Part shown: one piece after another, positions 14,160 through 28,399 of the stretch
How positions within the stretch are numbered: position 1 is the first letter of the stretch
Layout: every line of letters begins with the position of its first letter
Origin: Octopus vulgaris
Lineage: Eukaryota
Direction of reading: 5' to 3'
NCBI GenBank assembly: GCA_951406725.2
Contig: OX597825.1
Location: 56,296,001 to 56,360,000, forward strand
DNA: 64,000 nt
Notes under the pieces: model-generated
Database searches by the model: none
What the model saw: the letters and a program-made list of their open reading frames with translations, nothing else
What the model was told of the DNA's origin: nothing
Translations under genes and position numbers: made by a program

Positions 14160-14532
14160 ATACTCTTTTACTCTTTTACTTGTTTCAGTCATTTGACTGC
14201 GGCCATGCTGGAGCACCGCCTTTAGTCGAGCAAATCGACCCCGGGACTTATTCTTTGTAAGCCCAGTACTTATTCTATCGGTCTCATTTACCGAACCGCT
14301 AGGTGTCGGGGACGTAAACACACCAGCATCGGTTGTCAAGCAATGCTAGGGGGACAAACACAAATATACACGACAGGCTTCTTTCAGTTTCCGTCTACCA
14401 AATCCACTCACAAGGCATTGGTCGGCCCGGGGCTATAGCAGAAGACACTTGCCCAAGATGCCACGCAGTGGGACTGAACCCGTAACCATGTGGTTGGTTA
14501 GCAAGCTACTTACCACACAGCCACTCCTGCGC
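14160..14532 (-). mobile_element. SINE family A, full length
   Basis: Minus-strand head gcgcaggagtggctgtgtggtaag (A-box-like), gggttcagtccc (B-box-like) and CORE-like ggcatcttgggcaagtgtcttc. Confidence 0.92.
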
Positions 14533-14581
<49 letters not shown>

Positions 14582-14582
<1 letters not shown>

Positions 14583-14970
14583 GGAATGGCTGTGTTCTAA
14601 GTAGGTTGCTTACCAACCACATGGTTCCGGGTTCAGTCACACTGCGTGGCACCTTGGGTAAGCGTCTTCTACTATAGCCTCGTGTAAAGCTTTGTATGTG
14701 GATTGGTTGACGGAAACTGAAAGAAGCCCGTCGTATACACATACGTATCTGTGTGTATACATTAGTGTGTCTGCGTTTGTCCCCGCAACATCGCTTGACA
14801 ACTAATCCTGGTGTGTTTACGTCCCCGTAACTTAGCGGTTCGGCAAAAGAGAGAGATTGAATAAATACTAGGCTTACAACGAATAAATCGTGGGGTCGAT
14901 TTGCTCGACTAAAGGTGGTGCTTCAACATGGCCGCTGTGAAATGACTGAAACAATTAAAAGAATAAAAGA
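14582..14970 (+). mobile_element. SINE family A, full length, head-to-head with the previous copy
   Basis: ggaatggctgtgttctaag...ccgggttcagtcacactgcgtggcaccttgggtaag...atgactgaaacaattaaaagaataaaaga. Confidence 0.92.
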
Positions 14971-15003
14971 AGAGAACATATATATATATACACGCATATA
15001 TAC

Positions 15004-15056
<53 letters not shown>

Positions 15057-15076
15057 ACTATCTATGTGTATATAGC

Positions 15077-15112
<36 letters not shown>

Positions 15113-15116
<4 letters not shown>

Positions 15117-15234
15117 CCTGCTCGCTTAGCCAGCGGGGTGGCGTCATTTGAAGGCTAAAACAATGCGAAGTGAATTGTGACCAGCGATGTGTAGCAACAT
15201 CTCAGAGCCTGGTCGGTCACGGTGATCACGGTGA
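15113..15234 (+). mobile_element. Short GC-richer insertion inside (TA)n, probably a retroelement 3' end
   Basis: A 122-bp island ending tcacggtgatcacggtga, with TA tracts on both sides. The strand is assumed from the terminal repeat. Confidence 0.45.
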
Positions 15235-16175
15235 TATATATATATATATATACATAACTATCTATGTGTATATATCTATCTATATCTATATATATATACA
15301 CACACACACACGTGTGTGTGTGTGTGTGTGTGTTATTCAAATATGTTGGCCTCCCTACAAAAATTTTATTACAGATTCCATTTCTGTCTCTGTAATCTCT
15401 CAATTCAGTCAGCATAGGATTACAACGGTTCATTCCATAGTCATCACTTGATGATGAATATTAAACGAACTGAACAAATATTGTCCAACACATCCACACA
15501 CACACACACATACGTACATACAGAGACCTCCATAGCTCTATCAGTCACTTTCATCCCTTTCTTTCTCTGACAATCTCTCTGTCTCTGTCTGTCAGTCTCT
15601 CTCCCTCCTGTTTCTCTTTCTTTCTCTCTCTTTCTCGCACTCCCTCTCTCTATCTCTCTCTCTCTCTCTCGCTGGTTCGCTTGGTCTTTCTATATTCTGT
15701 TCTCTACCTTACCAAAGATATGTGTCTTTCACTCTATCTTTCGTATCTCTCTCGAATCTTCTTCATGTATCTATTTCAGCTACATCTCTCACTAAATATA
15801 CGTGCGTGCGTGTGTGTGAGTGTGTGTGAGTGTGTGTGAGTGTGTATGGGTGTGTGTGTGTATGTGTCTGTTTCTATGTCTGTGTGTCTGTGTGAATATA
15901 TACACACATGTACATATATTTGTATATATACATATACATGTGTGTGTATATGTATATTGTATATATTTATATATATATATATATATGTGGGTGTGTGTGT
16001 AATATTTGTATACACACCACACACATATATATATATATGTATATATATATATGTATAATATGAATATGTAAAATATATACATGTATATATGAGCATAGGT
16101 ATTATATATATATGTATATATATATACATATATATGTAATATATATACATGTATATATGTGTACATACATATATA

Positions 16176-16206
<31 letters not shown>

Positions 16207-16235
16207 GTAGATGCGTGTATGTATATATTTATATG

Positions 16236-16269
<34 letters not shown>

Positions 16270-16349
16270 CAGAGAGAGAGACAGAGAGACAGAGACAGAG
16301 TGAGACAGACAGACAGACAGAGACAAATAGATAGACAGATGAGATCTGG

Positions 16350-16510
16350 AAAAGTGTATAAAGCGCCGAACAGAGTTCATAGCTGCATTTCTTCCGGCAT
16401 CCTTTTCTGAGTTCAAATTCCACCGATGTCGAGTTTTCCTTTCATCCTTTCGGGGTCAATAAAATAAGTGTCAGTTGAGGGCTGAGGTCGATGTAATCGG
16501 CTATCCTCCC
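16350..16510 (+). mobile_element. SINE family B, diverged
   Basis: ttctgagttcaaattccaccgatgtcgagttttcctttcatcctttcggggtcaataaaataagtg. Confidence 0.8.
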
Positions 16511-17473
16511 ACTCAACAAAAAAAATTCAACCATCATTCCTATACAAAAACGATGACATATATATTTATTTACAAACACACGCACGCGCGCACATGGACA
16601 CGCACGCGCGCACATGGACACGCAGACGCATGCGCACACGCACACACACACACACACACACATACACGCACGCACTCACACACATGCTCGCATGCACGTA
16701 CACACACACATATATCAGTCACTATATTTCCCCTTTGCTATCTTCCTCATTATTTGCTATCACTTCCTCACTATCTCCCCATCTCCCTCTCTCTCTGTCT
16801 CTTTCTAACTGTCTATTTCTCTCTCTCTATCAATCTATCTATCTATCTTTCTATCTACGTCTCAATCACACCCGATATCTCTTTTTCCAATTCTAGCTTT
16901 CTCCAAAATAACCTTTCACTCTCCCTCTTTGTCACTCTTTCTCTCTCTCATTTTCTCTCTCTCTCTCTCTCACTCCCTTTCTCTTCTCTCTCCTCCACCT
17001 CATTACTATGATAATGTCATTAAAAATAAACAAAGAGCACAAAATACGGACAAAAATTTTACAAAAATAAAAGCATCGAAAAGAACAAACATCAAAGCCG
17101 AACTTCAAACGCAATAAAAACCGTAGCAAATCAAAACATATATTTCATAAAATAATAAAGACACTACAACTACAACAACAACAACAACAGCAGCAGCAGC
17201 AGTGGTAGTAGCAGCAGCAACAGCTACCACATCAAAATCGGAAAGAACGTCCACGTCTTCAGCAGGCGATGCTCTAAATGTATTAACTAAATCACCCTCA
17301 TGTAACACTCTGTCATCTTAAAAATATGAGACAATTCATAAACGTAGTCCTCGGTAGACAATGTCTGCAAATACGTGAGTATGTCACAAGTAGAATCCGT
17401 TTGAATTTAAGCTTGCTCGATCAAGGCTGATCCTGGATTAAAAAACCTCACCAAGAACAACAGAAACAACAGT

Positions 17474-17660
17474 GGAGGCGCAATGGCCCAGTGATTAGGG
17501 CAGCGGACTCGCAGTCGTAAGGACGCAGTTTCGATTCCCAGACAGGGCATTGTGAGTGTTTATTGAGCAAAAACACTTAAGTTCCACGAGACTCCGGTGG
17601 GGAGGGGTGGTAACACCACTGTACACTTTCGCCACATCTTTCTCTCATTCTTTCTTCCTA
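17474..17660 (+). mobile_element. tRNA-derived SINE family D
   Basis: ggaggcgcaatggcccagtgattagggcagcggactcgcagtcgtaaggacgcagtttcgattccc carries A/B boxes, then a CORE-like tgagcaaaaacactt. Confidence 0.75.
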
Positions 17661-18224
17661 CTTCTGCCACAAAGCAGAGGAACCATGGTGTAACCCACTA
17701 TGGTGTGGTAAACGTTCAGACCCTAGTCTAGATTGCGAATCCTCTGTACCCCAGGATGGTTCAGCTCTCCACCCGTTAAAAGCCACTATTTACGGAATGA
17801 GGATAACAACTTAGCTTTCGTGCCCGTGCAACCGCCAGTCTATCCTGTGTGGTGGGTGGAACTTCAAGTTGCAACACGCATTCTTGGTCGCTTAGAGTGG
17901 GCTCGATTTAGAGATTATTATTTGTGGCTAATGGCGTGAGTCTTGATTGGAAGAAGAAGACAACAACAACAACTACTACTACTACTACAAAAAAAAAATA
18001 ACATCAATAAGAAGCAAATGAGAAAGGCGCTACTTGACAACTTTATTTGTTAGACATACGAGCTGAATCTCACTTCATATGATACACCGCCGTATAAAAA
18101 GGAAACGAAAGACGGGTTTTAAGGCAGAGGTCGGTCTTTGGTCATAGGTTTGCTTGAGAAGGAGTGACCTAGGGTTAAACAACCGCTACATCCACAGCTG
18201 TCTTTAATATTGCTTACTGCTTTC

Positions 18225-19292
18225 AAGTGTTGGCACAAGGCTAGCAATTTCGAGTGGGAGTGGGGTGTAGGTATTGGGGGTAAGCCGATTACATCGAACC
18301 CAGTGTTCATTTCGTACTTCTTTTATCGATCGCAAAAGGATGAAAAGTATAGATGACCTCAGTATCATTTGAACTCAGAACATCAAAACAGATGCGATCC
18401 CACAATGCATTTTACTCAGCGCACTAATGATTCTGCCCGTTCGCCACCTTACACTGCAATCTATAATATTAGTTCCAAATTTTGATTACATCGATCTCAG
18501 TATTCAACTGGTTCTTCTTTTATTGAACCCCTAAAAGATGAAAGACAAAGTCGACTTTGGCGGAATTTGAACTCAGAACATAAGGACGGATGAAATGCTT
18601 TCTGCAATCTATAATATAAACAGCAACATTAGAAGTAGCAGCAAATAATAGTTTTTTAATTTAAGTACACGTCCAAAATTTTTGACTGTCGTATTATTTT
18701 ATGCACCCCAGCAGGATTTGAACTCAGAACCGGAAGAAATAACGCAAGACATTTCCTCCGAGGTTCTAACAATTCTGCCTATATATTGCGTAATATGGTA
18801 GTGGCATGCTCTAATTTAGGTTGAAGATTAGCAATTTTGAAGAAAAGACATTTTCGATTCCATTCTACCTCAGGATTTGACTGGTATCTTATTTTATCGA
18901 CTTCATTGGAATGAAAGAAAGAGTGGACCTTAATGAGATTTCAGGTCAGAAGCGAAAGAACAGGAACTCCGACGCACTAACAATTTTGCCAATCCGTCAC
19001 CAAAGAATATAATACGAAGTGTTTCAAATTTTGGCACAAGGCTAGCAGCATTAGGAGAGGGAGGAGGACGGGAGGATGAGACGGAGGGGAGGAGGGGAGG
19101 AGGGGGAGAAGGAGGAGGTATAGTCGATTATAACGATCATGGTGCTTGACTGGTGCTTTATTTAATCGACCCCGAATATGATGAAAGGCAGTGTTGGCTC
19201 CGGCGGGCTTTGAAGTCAGAGAGTAAAAATACGGAAGAAAAACCGCTAAGCATTTTGTCCGATGAGCTAACGATTCTGCTGATCAACCACCT
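18225..19292 (-). mobile_element. Cluster of ~5 consecutive, same-orientation decayed SINE family B copies
   Basis: The tttgaactcagaac-like B box recurs near 18368, 18567, 18717, 18939 and 19209, usually preceded by a ggcacaagg/tcgattacatcga tail segment. Confidence 0.8.
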
Positions 19293-19360
19293 AATATTGT
19301 TGCTGCTGCTGCTACTGTTGTTGTTGTTGTTGCTGTCATAAATAGTAAGAAAAAGAAGAC

Positions 19361-19415
<55 letters not shown>

Positions 19416-19496
19416 CAGCAGCAGCAGCAAGAAGAAGAAGAAGAAGAAGAAGAAGAAGAAGAAGAAGGAGAAGAAGAAGAAGAAGAAGAAGAAGAA
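19361..19496. repeat. (AGT)(AGC)(AAG) compound microsatellite
   Basis: Directly visible. Confidence 0.97.
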
Positions 19497-19762
19497 CGCC
19501 GCCATACCCACAGAGGAAAAAGTACAATAGTTTTGGAAATCGATCTGGTCGAATCTCAAAGAACACAATTCAATGCAGTCTGGATTCATCAGCAAATCAG
19601 AGATACTGAGCATATTCGTATCAAAATTTGGCACTTCGACTCCCAATGCCCAAACGATACTTATTTTGTCCACCCCGAAAGGATAAAAGGCAAAATTGAT
19701 CTCGATGGAATTCGAACTCAGAACGTAAAGTCGGAAGAAATGCTACTAAGTATTTAGACCGG

Positions 19763-20174
19763 GGCGAGCTGGCAGAAACGTTAGCACGCTGGGCGAAATG
19801 CTTAGCGGTATTTCGTCTGCCGTTACGTTCTGAGTTCAAACTCCGCCAAGGTCAACTTTGCCTTTCATCCTTTCGGGGTCGATTAAATAAGTACAGTTAC
19901 GCACTGGGGTCGATATAATCGACTTAATCCGTTTGTCTGTCTTTGTTTGTCCCCTCTATGTTTAGCCCCTTGTGGGTAAATAAAGAAATAGGTATTTCGT
20001 CTGCCGTTACGTTCTGAGTTCAAATTCCGCCGAGGTCGACTTTGCCTTTCATCCTTTCGGGGTCGATAAATTAAGTACCAGTTACTCACTTGGGTCGACA
20101 TAATCGACTTAATCCGTTTGTCTGTCCTTATTTGTCCTCTCTGTGTTTAGCCCCTTGTGGGTAGGAAAGAAATA
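19763..20174 (+). mobile_element. Young SINE family B partial tandem dimer nested in an older antisense SINE B
   Basis: Full copy 19763-19990 (ggcgagctggcagaaacgttagc...gagttcaaactcc...gcctttcatcctttcggggtcga...ccccttgtgggtaaataaagaaata) plus a 5'-truncated second copy 19991-20174. Confidence 0.92.
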
Positions 20175-20339
20175 GATACTTATTTTGTCCACCACGAAAG
20201 GATGAAAGGCAAAGATGATCTCGGTGTAATTCGAACTCAGGACGTAAAGTCGGAAGAAATGCTACTAAGTATTTAGTCCGGGGTGCCTGCTTGCCGCCTT
20301 AGAGGAACTGAACATATTAAGAAAGCAAATATATAATCT

Positions 20340-22210
20340 TTAGCTTCTGTCTTAATGCCCTACCTGATTCCCAAGAGAGATGGACTTACCTGTACAATAA
20401 CGTCATGCGTTATTTCGGAAAAAGGTCACTCGCTGACAGTTAATGGAGTAACTCACTCTCCGCAACTGATGAAAGCTAATAACTTTACAAATTGTCGGCC
20501 AGTAACATTCTTTACGACCATGTGTAAAATACTAACATCCATCATTACTGAATACACACATGCCTTCCTAAAAGGATGTAAATGTGGCTTATATTGGTGT
20601 AAAAACCAACTTGTAATCAATATAATGGTTTCTGGAGAACTGTCACAATCGACCTAGAAATTCATGATTACAAAAACAAGAATTTGATAGCATTCCCCAA
20701 AGGTGGATTGAGAAATGCTTGGAAATCTATAAAATCTCTCCGGTTATTGGTAATTTTCTGTCAAACAGTCTGAAGCTCTAGAAGACAATTCAAATACTGA
20801 ATGCAGAATCCGGCTCTGCGAACACGGATGATGTTATAAGCTATGATATTTTGAAAAGTGACTCACTATCGCCAATTCCCGTTCACACGGTTCTCTTTTT
20901 CTTAAGCAAGCTGTTAAATGACACAAGACATGAATACAGTCTATAGAATATGTCAGTCAACAACTGGAACTGCTTTTGACTGCAGTAATATATATGTGTG
21001 TGTGTTTGTGTATGAGTGTGTGTGTATGAGTGTGTGCGTATGATTGTGTACGTATGAGTGTGTGTGTGTGTATGTGTGTATGTGTTTGTGTGTGTGCGTG
21101 TGTGTGAGGATACATCATCAACATTTGCAAAAATGGGATTTGGCCTTGATTAATGTGCTAAAGACATGCTTTAAAGGAAAACTCTTGAAAAACTTACGGC
21201 GTACAGCTAGACAAATCTTCCATAATCGAGGGATTATACTTTTTTGATGTGTGTGAAGATGCTGGTATCCAGCACCCACAGACGCGCAAGAAAATAGGAA
21301 CAGGATACTATCACAAAGTTAGAGGTCTCATAAAAAGCTAACTTAATGCGAGAAGCAGTGTTGATGCAATCAATACTCTGATTGTACCTGTTGTGATATT
21401 ACAGCCCTGATATCATAAAATAGGTGAGTAATGAGATAAATAAACTGACACACAAATACGCAACTTTCTCACAATATACGCCATGCATAACCCAAAGGCA
21501 GATGTAGACAGACTTTACATCCCACGAAAGGATAATTGCTGCGAGCTGATCGCAATATTGATATAAATGCGATCCATCAGGTGTTGGCTGCATCTGAACT
21601 TAATTCAGAAAGAAAGGGCTTCATTGTAGCACCACAGGATCAGTGTCTACCTATTAGAAACTACCAAGCCAATATTCTTAAATATCTGTTGATCCTACTT
21701 GTTTTTTGGATCAACCAGGGAAACAATTGACTACCTCATCTTTGAATGGTCTTTATTGGTTTCAAGTGAATACAGTAATCGCCATGACGGACTTCATCAG
21801 TATTCGCACTGTTTGGACCCCCATATGGGAAGAACTAGTGGGAACATCAACCCGACAAAGTAGTATAAAATAAAAAGATCACTGTTGTTTGGAACTTTTG
21901 TATATAAAGTAATCGAGCTATTCAGGTCAACACGTCAAATACTGCGGAGAAAAATTATATTGACAAAGCATGTTTGCTCTGATATATGTCAATCCCAACC
22001 CACTGCATCACCTCAGTGAAAACGTTTGAAAGTTTAAATAATACAAGGACCTTGAAACAGATGTTTCAAAAATGTGGTGTCTAAGAGCAGTTGTACCTAT
22101 GAATATAGGAGAGTTAAGGACATCGAATATTTCTCCTAAACACTATGGAAACTCAGAACGACAAAAAATTGTTCTCGTTGGTTCTCCTCACATCCTAAGT
22201 ATATCTGAAT
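20340..22210 (+). mobile_element. Decayed R4/Dong-like LINE (RT to RLE), interrupted by (TG)n
   Basis: NCRPVTFFTTMCKILTSII..KGCKCGLYWCKNQLVIN (ORF 20355), AINTLIVPVV, HNPKADVDRLYIPRK, GFIVAPQDQCLPIRNYQANILK and QKIVLVGSPHIL. Confidence 0.85.
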
Positions 22211-22751
22211 CTTTTATATTCTTCCAAAATTGTAAATATTATAACATGCTTTATGCAAAATCTTAATTTTCAGTATTTGCTCGCCTTCTCCTGCAAGATA
22301 TCATTACTACTCATGAATAACATTGCATACAAAAACGTTCAGACTGCAGTTACTGGAGGTCTCTAGCTGAGACTTGGAACAGCTTCTATAAAACACTGTA
22401 ACATCAACGAAAATAAGAACAATAACACAAGACGAGCAATAATAAGAACCACACAGACATCATAAGTAAGCGAATGGTTAATAAAGCATCTTTTTTAACA
22501 TCTCTTTTAACATAGCCAGTTTTATGAACGAAATTATACATGGATAGAAATTATGAGGAAGTCTATGAGATGGAGAGTACCTGAGTATTTAATCCATTTA
22601 ATCGGTATTATCTTCTCCTTGTGTACCTCTGTTAAAGTTCACTCTGTTGGTTGCGAAAAGTCTAATCAGGTCTTTTGTCTGCACAACTTAACTCTGTAGC
22701 AAGAGCTGAGTCTTGGTATTTGTCTTCACCAATACCATCCCCCTTTCTCTC

Positions 22752-22757
<6 letters not shown>

Positions 22758-22818
<61 letters not shown>
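22758..22818. repeat. (CT)n microsatellite
   Basis: Directly visible. Confidence 0.98.
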
Positions 22819-22820
<2 letters not shown>

Positions 22821-22919
22821 AAGTCGTGGAGTACCCGGTCGTGGGAGCTGCCTTCTTCCCCAATGACTACACCATATAAAAACAATGACATATGACATTA
22901 ACATTAATCGATATTAATA

Positions 22920-23789
<870 letters not shown>

Positions 23790-24869
23790 GTCGATTACAT
23801 CGACCCCAGTACTTTGCTGGGATTTATTTCATCGACCTCGATGGAATCTGAACTCCGAACACAAAAAAAAAAAAAATGGACGCAATGCACTTCTGAAATA
23901 ATATCACCAGCGTTACGTTCATATCGCTACTATTGCCAACACAAATTCCATTATCACAATCACCACCACTTTTCTAGCATTACCACTCTTCTACTACAAC
24001 CACCACTAACACCGCCACAACCACTAATGCTATCACCACCATATCGACTCTCATTCTCCTGCACCACTATCACCATCGCTAATAACGTATCATCCTTAAT
24101 CATGTAAAACCTTTATAGCATGCGCCAGCTGATATCGACAACAACAACAACAACAAACCCCTCTATTAACATACCCCTTTAACACAATTACCACCAACAC
24201 CATTCCCATCATTAGCACTGCCATATTTCACCTTTCCTTGGCCATGCGGATCTGTAATCAAAGGTTGCGATGCAAAGAAAATATTCAGACCTTTTGTTGT
24301 TTCGGCCATTTTTTTAGTCAAATTATTCGACTTTTGAAAGACGTAACTGCTTGAGGAACAATAACAACCGGAAGTGACGACTTCAGAGGAAGTCAGTTGG
24401 AATTACTAACATTTATTCTCGAAAAATGTGAAATATTTTTGTTTTTTATCAATTTTTTCATAGTTTTTATAAAATTCCACTTTATTTCTATTGTAGTAAA
24501 ACACACACGGAGCGAGGATTATCGATAAAATTGCTAGTTATTGTGGATGTTTAGCCCGAGGTCAATTTGACAAAACAGACAAGTTCCACACGTAGCCTTT
24601 ATTACTAAGCACAATGTAAGCAGTACCATATGATCCAATGTGAGCTTGTTTCTTTGACGGATTTTGATGTTTATTATAAGACATTGGGATGTAATTTGAG
24701 AAGGATTTCGCTGCTTTATCTAGCAGGTCTATCGACTGTTTAGGGGTTTAGTTTTCAACCTTTGTCGATACGTGCACGGCACATTCAATAATTGTTGGTT
24801 TGTGTAACACAAGAACAAAAACTTAGAAGAAACCCTGTGAAAAGTCACGTCGATATGAACGTGGAATCA

Positions 24870-26690
24870 TTGTTATATAGACTTTGTGCTTGAAAAGGTG
24901 AAAGCATTAGCTACATAGTGAGCGAAATCAGTAAACTTGCACAAAGAGAATACGAAACGATGCACAACTGCATTGCATGCTTTGTTCATTGGAAACTATA
25001 TAAAAAAATACAATTTAGGCACAGCAGATGTGTGAGGCAAATATCAATCTAATGAAAAGAAGAACATGAGAATGTTAAGATGCTATGGAAGTTCAGCATT
25101 CAATTGTAATGAAATGATTGAAGCAACAAGGCTACGCATTGTCACCATGAACGAAAAGGTAAAAAAATGCACTGCATATGCTTAATATAACATTTCTGTG
25201 TGATTACAGAGGTTATGAGCGAGTAGAAGAGATGATTGAGAAATGTCGAGTGTGTGGAGCACGGAATATTTGAAATTGGGCCACATGTATAATAAGACTG
25301 AAAATGAAATAATGGTTGAATTATTGAAGTTTGGGATTCAAAGTCGAACAGGACCACCACTGTTACAAGACAAATTATTAGGAACTCATTAAATCCTAAT
25401 TAAAATGCTGGATTACTGTGCCAAAGAAGCAACCTCAAAGAACCCTTGCTCACCGACTTAGATTCTCTGCTTGAAGATTGTAAAAAGAACATGAGATTTA
25501 TCTATGATATGCATATTATGAATCGAGCCCTCACTCCATAAATAAATCTGCTGAATCAAATCAGATATTACATACGCTATGGAGAAACGATAAACAGTCT
25601 CCTCTATTTAGATTATTTAAACTGGTTAGCAATGCAAACAACCTGCTGGGGTGCCAACATAAAACTATACGTGAATTCTGTTAGGATATGAAAATGATTA
25701 TGATAGAGACAAATATTTAAAGTTTCTCTAATAAAAGGCAAATAATAATAATAAATAACTTACAATATTATGTGAGATTTCGATAGTGAAATCAGAGAAT
25801 TGGAACCGAACCAATGATACAAGAGTTAGGAGCAGATGAATCTGATAAGATACGACACACAGAAATGTCGGAGAAAATTAAAAACGTGTATAACAGAAAA
25901 GTCAGACTAATATGAAAATCTGGACTGAATGCCAGAAATATAAGATTATAGATATAAATAGTCTAACCATCCTAGTTATAAACTACAACTTTAATATGAT
26001 CAATTGGAAGTTAAGCGAACTGAAGAAATTTGATAGGAACAGAAGAAAACTACTCACTAGATTCCAAACCTATCACATTATAGCCAATGAAAATAGATAA
26101 AAATATATCGGAATATACGAGTATATAGTATGAGGTAGGTATTGTCTAATGCAAATAGAGAAATATTACAAAGTAACCTCACCAGATCTCGAAAAAATAC
26201 CTAGAAGCCTGAAAATGTAAACTAATTAGTTTGCTGAAGAGACATGAAACAAACGAACAAAAATCTCTCATTACATAAAGCAACAATGAAGCAGAAATTA
26301 GACACTAATTACTATCAGGTAAAATGTTTAGAGGAGAACAAAAACCGATGAAAATAACAAATAAGAGGTGATGTAATCAAAGTGCAGCTGGAGAAATTAG
26401 TAAATTGAAAACAGAACTCTCCGCTGTTACTAATCTGTGCGTCAGAGTAAAGAGGACGTGAATGATTCAACATTGGAGGTAACAATGGTTGAAAAGATTT
26501 GGACTGGAGGTAAAAGTGCAAAATCTAATTTTCGCTGCAGAAGACCAATGTCTAAGCAGAAAACGCTTCCAAAATAAATCAGTAAAATGATAGGACCAGA
26601 TCAAATGGAATGCTTATATAATGAAAAAATTGACCAATCATAGTTTATCTGACTACTCAGTTCATTCGAATACGAAGCGATTTTCCTTGA
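24870..26690 (+). mobile_element. Decayed R4/Dong-like LINE pieces (two fragments)
   Basis: EYETMHNCIACFVHWKLY..ENVKMLWKFS (C-terminal piece), then INSLLYLD (YMDD-like), DINSLTILVINYNFNMINWKLSELKKFDRNRRKLLT (ORF 25912) and LIFAAEDQCL. Confidence 0.75.
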
Positions 26691-26923
26691 TATTTACACA
26701 CACATATACACAGAAGCAAATATATATATATATATATGTATGTATGCGTGAGCATGTAAGTGTGTGCGTATGTGTGTGAGTGTGTGCGGGCAGGCGTGCG
26801 TGTTTTGTGTAATGTAATTACACTGAATCATAAAAACAGCACAGGTAGGACAAGGTCTAACAAATATGGAATCATTAGAACAATTTAATGGAAGGAGAAA
26901 AATTGTCTTAACGTTTTGGAAAT

Positions 26924-26985
<62 letters not shown>

Positions 26986-28399
26986 CATACATGTATATCG
27001 TAAATGGGTGGGATATAATATCCAGATAGATACCGAATTTCTCTATGTAAAAAGCCAAGGCTGGTTCCTTCTGATGGTGCGTTTTTTGGTAATCTTCCTT
27101 TAGCTCCCACCTGACGTTCCAGTTTATATATAGAGAGAGACAGAGAGAAACAGGGGAGAGAGAAAGAGAAAGAAAGAGAGAAAGAAACAGAGACAGACTG
27201 ACAGGCCGGCAGACAGACAGACGGACGGACAGGTAGACACTCAGAGTAAAATGGTGCACAGAAGGATGGCGAAGGAACACACAGGAAACACACACACCCA
27301 CACACACGCACACACACAAGACGTGGATATGGTCTTCATCAGTCATCGACCAAAAATTCGTTCCATTATCGGTAAGATTGTTTATTACCTGAAGTCAACA
27401 GAAAACTGTTGTTGTGTTAAGTGAGCGGAGATGAAGGACAGACGGCGACGAAAATATAAACAAACGATAAACCATGGCATAAGTACAAGAATAAGGATAA
27501 GATGTTGTTATAAATATAAATATGTACAGACATATAAAGACCTTTCGGTACAGAGACAGCATTAAACAAGACCCTTTCAGAAGGTCTTGTCTCTAATGGA
27601 AAAGGATCTCCTATAGGAATTCAAAAGGAGAGAGAAAGATAGAAAGATAAAAAGAAATGTGGAAAGATAGAAGAAAATTGAGTGAAAGATAGAAAGAAAT
27701 GAAGCAAAACAAGACGAAACCGAAACTGAAAGTAAATGCTAAGGCGAGAACGCAAGAGAGAACGTCTGAACGAGTCTGCAGTCCAGAAACGAAAGGGTGG
27801 GGGAAACAAGAAACGGTTAGGTCATGTGGTACCGAAAAAGAAGTGGGCAGAGAGAAAAAACGAGTAATGAAGGACAAAGGGAGAGACAGATAGTGGGAGA
27901 GAATAAAGGGTCGTACGAAGAGGAAGGAGAGCAGGGAAAGGCGAAACAAGAGGAGTGTACAAAGCTAGGAAAGAACTGATACGAAGGAAGAGGGTTGTGA
28001 GGAAGGAGAGAGAGAGAGAGAGGAGAAAAGAAAGACAATGATAGTTGACCAAGGTGGAGAGGGGAAGAAATGGAAGCTAAGTAAAGAGAGAAGGAGACAG
28101 ATAGAAAAAAAGAAATGTGGGTAGAGATAGAGGGGATTGTGGAGATAAACAAAGGAGCCCAGAAGAAGAGAGGAGAACGATGGAGAAACGGAGAAATGAA
28201 AGGGAAAGACAGAGAAAGCAATAGAGAGAGGTGAGGTGATAAGAGAAGAAAGAAAGAAAGATAGAAATGAAAGAGAGAGAAAGTGAGCGTGTGTGTGCGC
28301 GCGCGCGTGTGTGTGTCGCACAAAATGTTACCCACAGGGTGGGGTGCCACTAAGAGTGAGAACAAAGACGGAGGGTGTATGGTGGTACATTAAATAATG

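Noticed and set aside
27318-27346. Minus-strand CTGATGA followed by an agac/gtct stem (hammerhead-like)
   Set aside because: There is no GAAA after stem II and no stem I or III.
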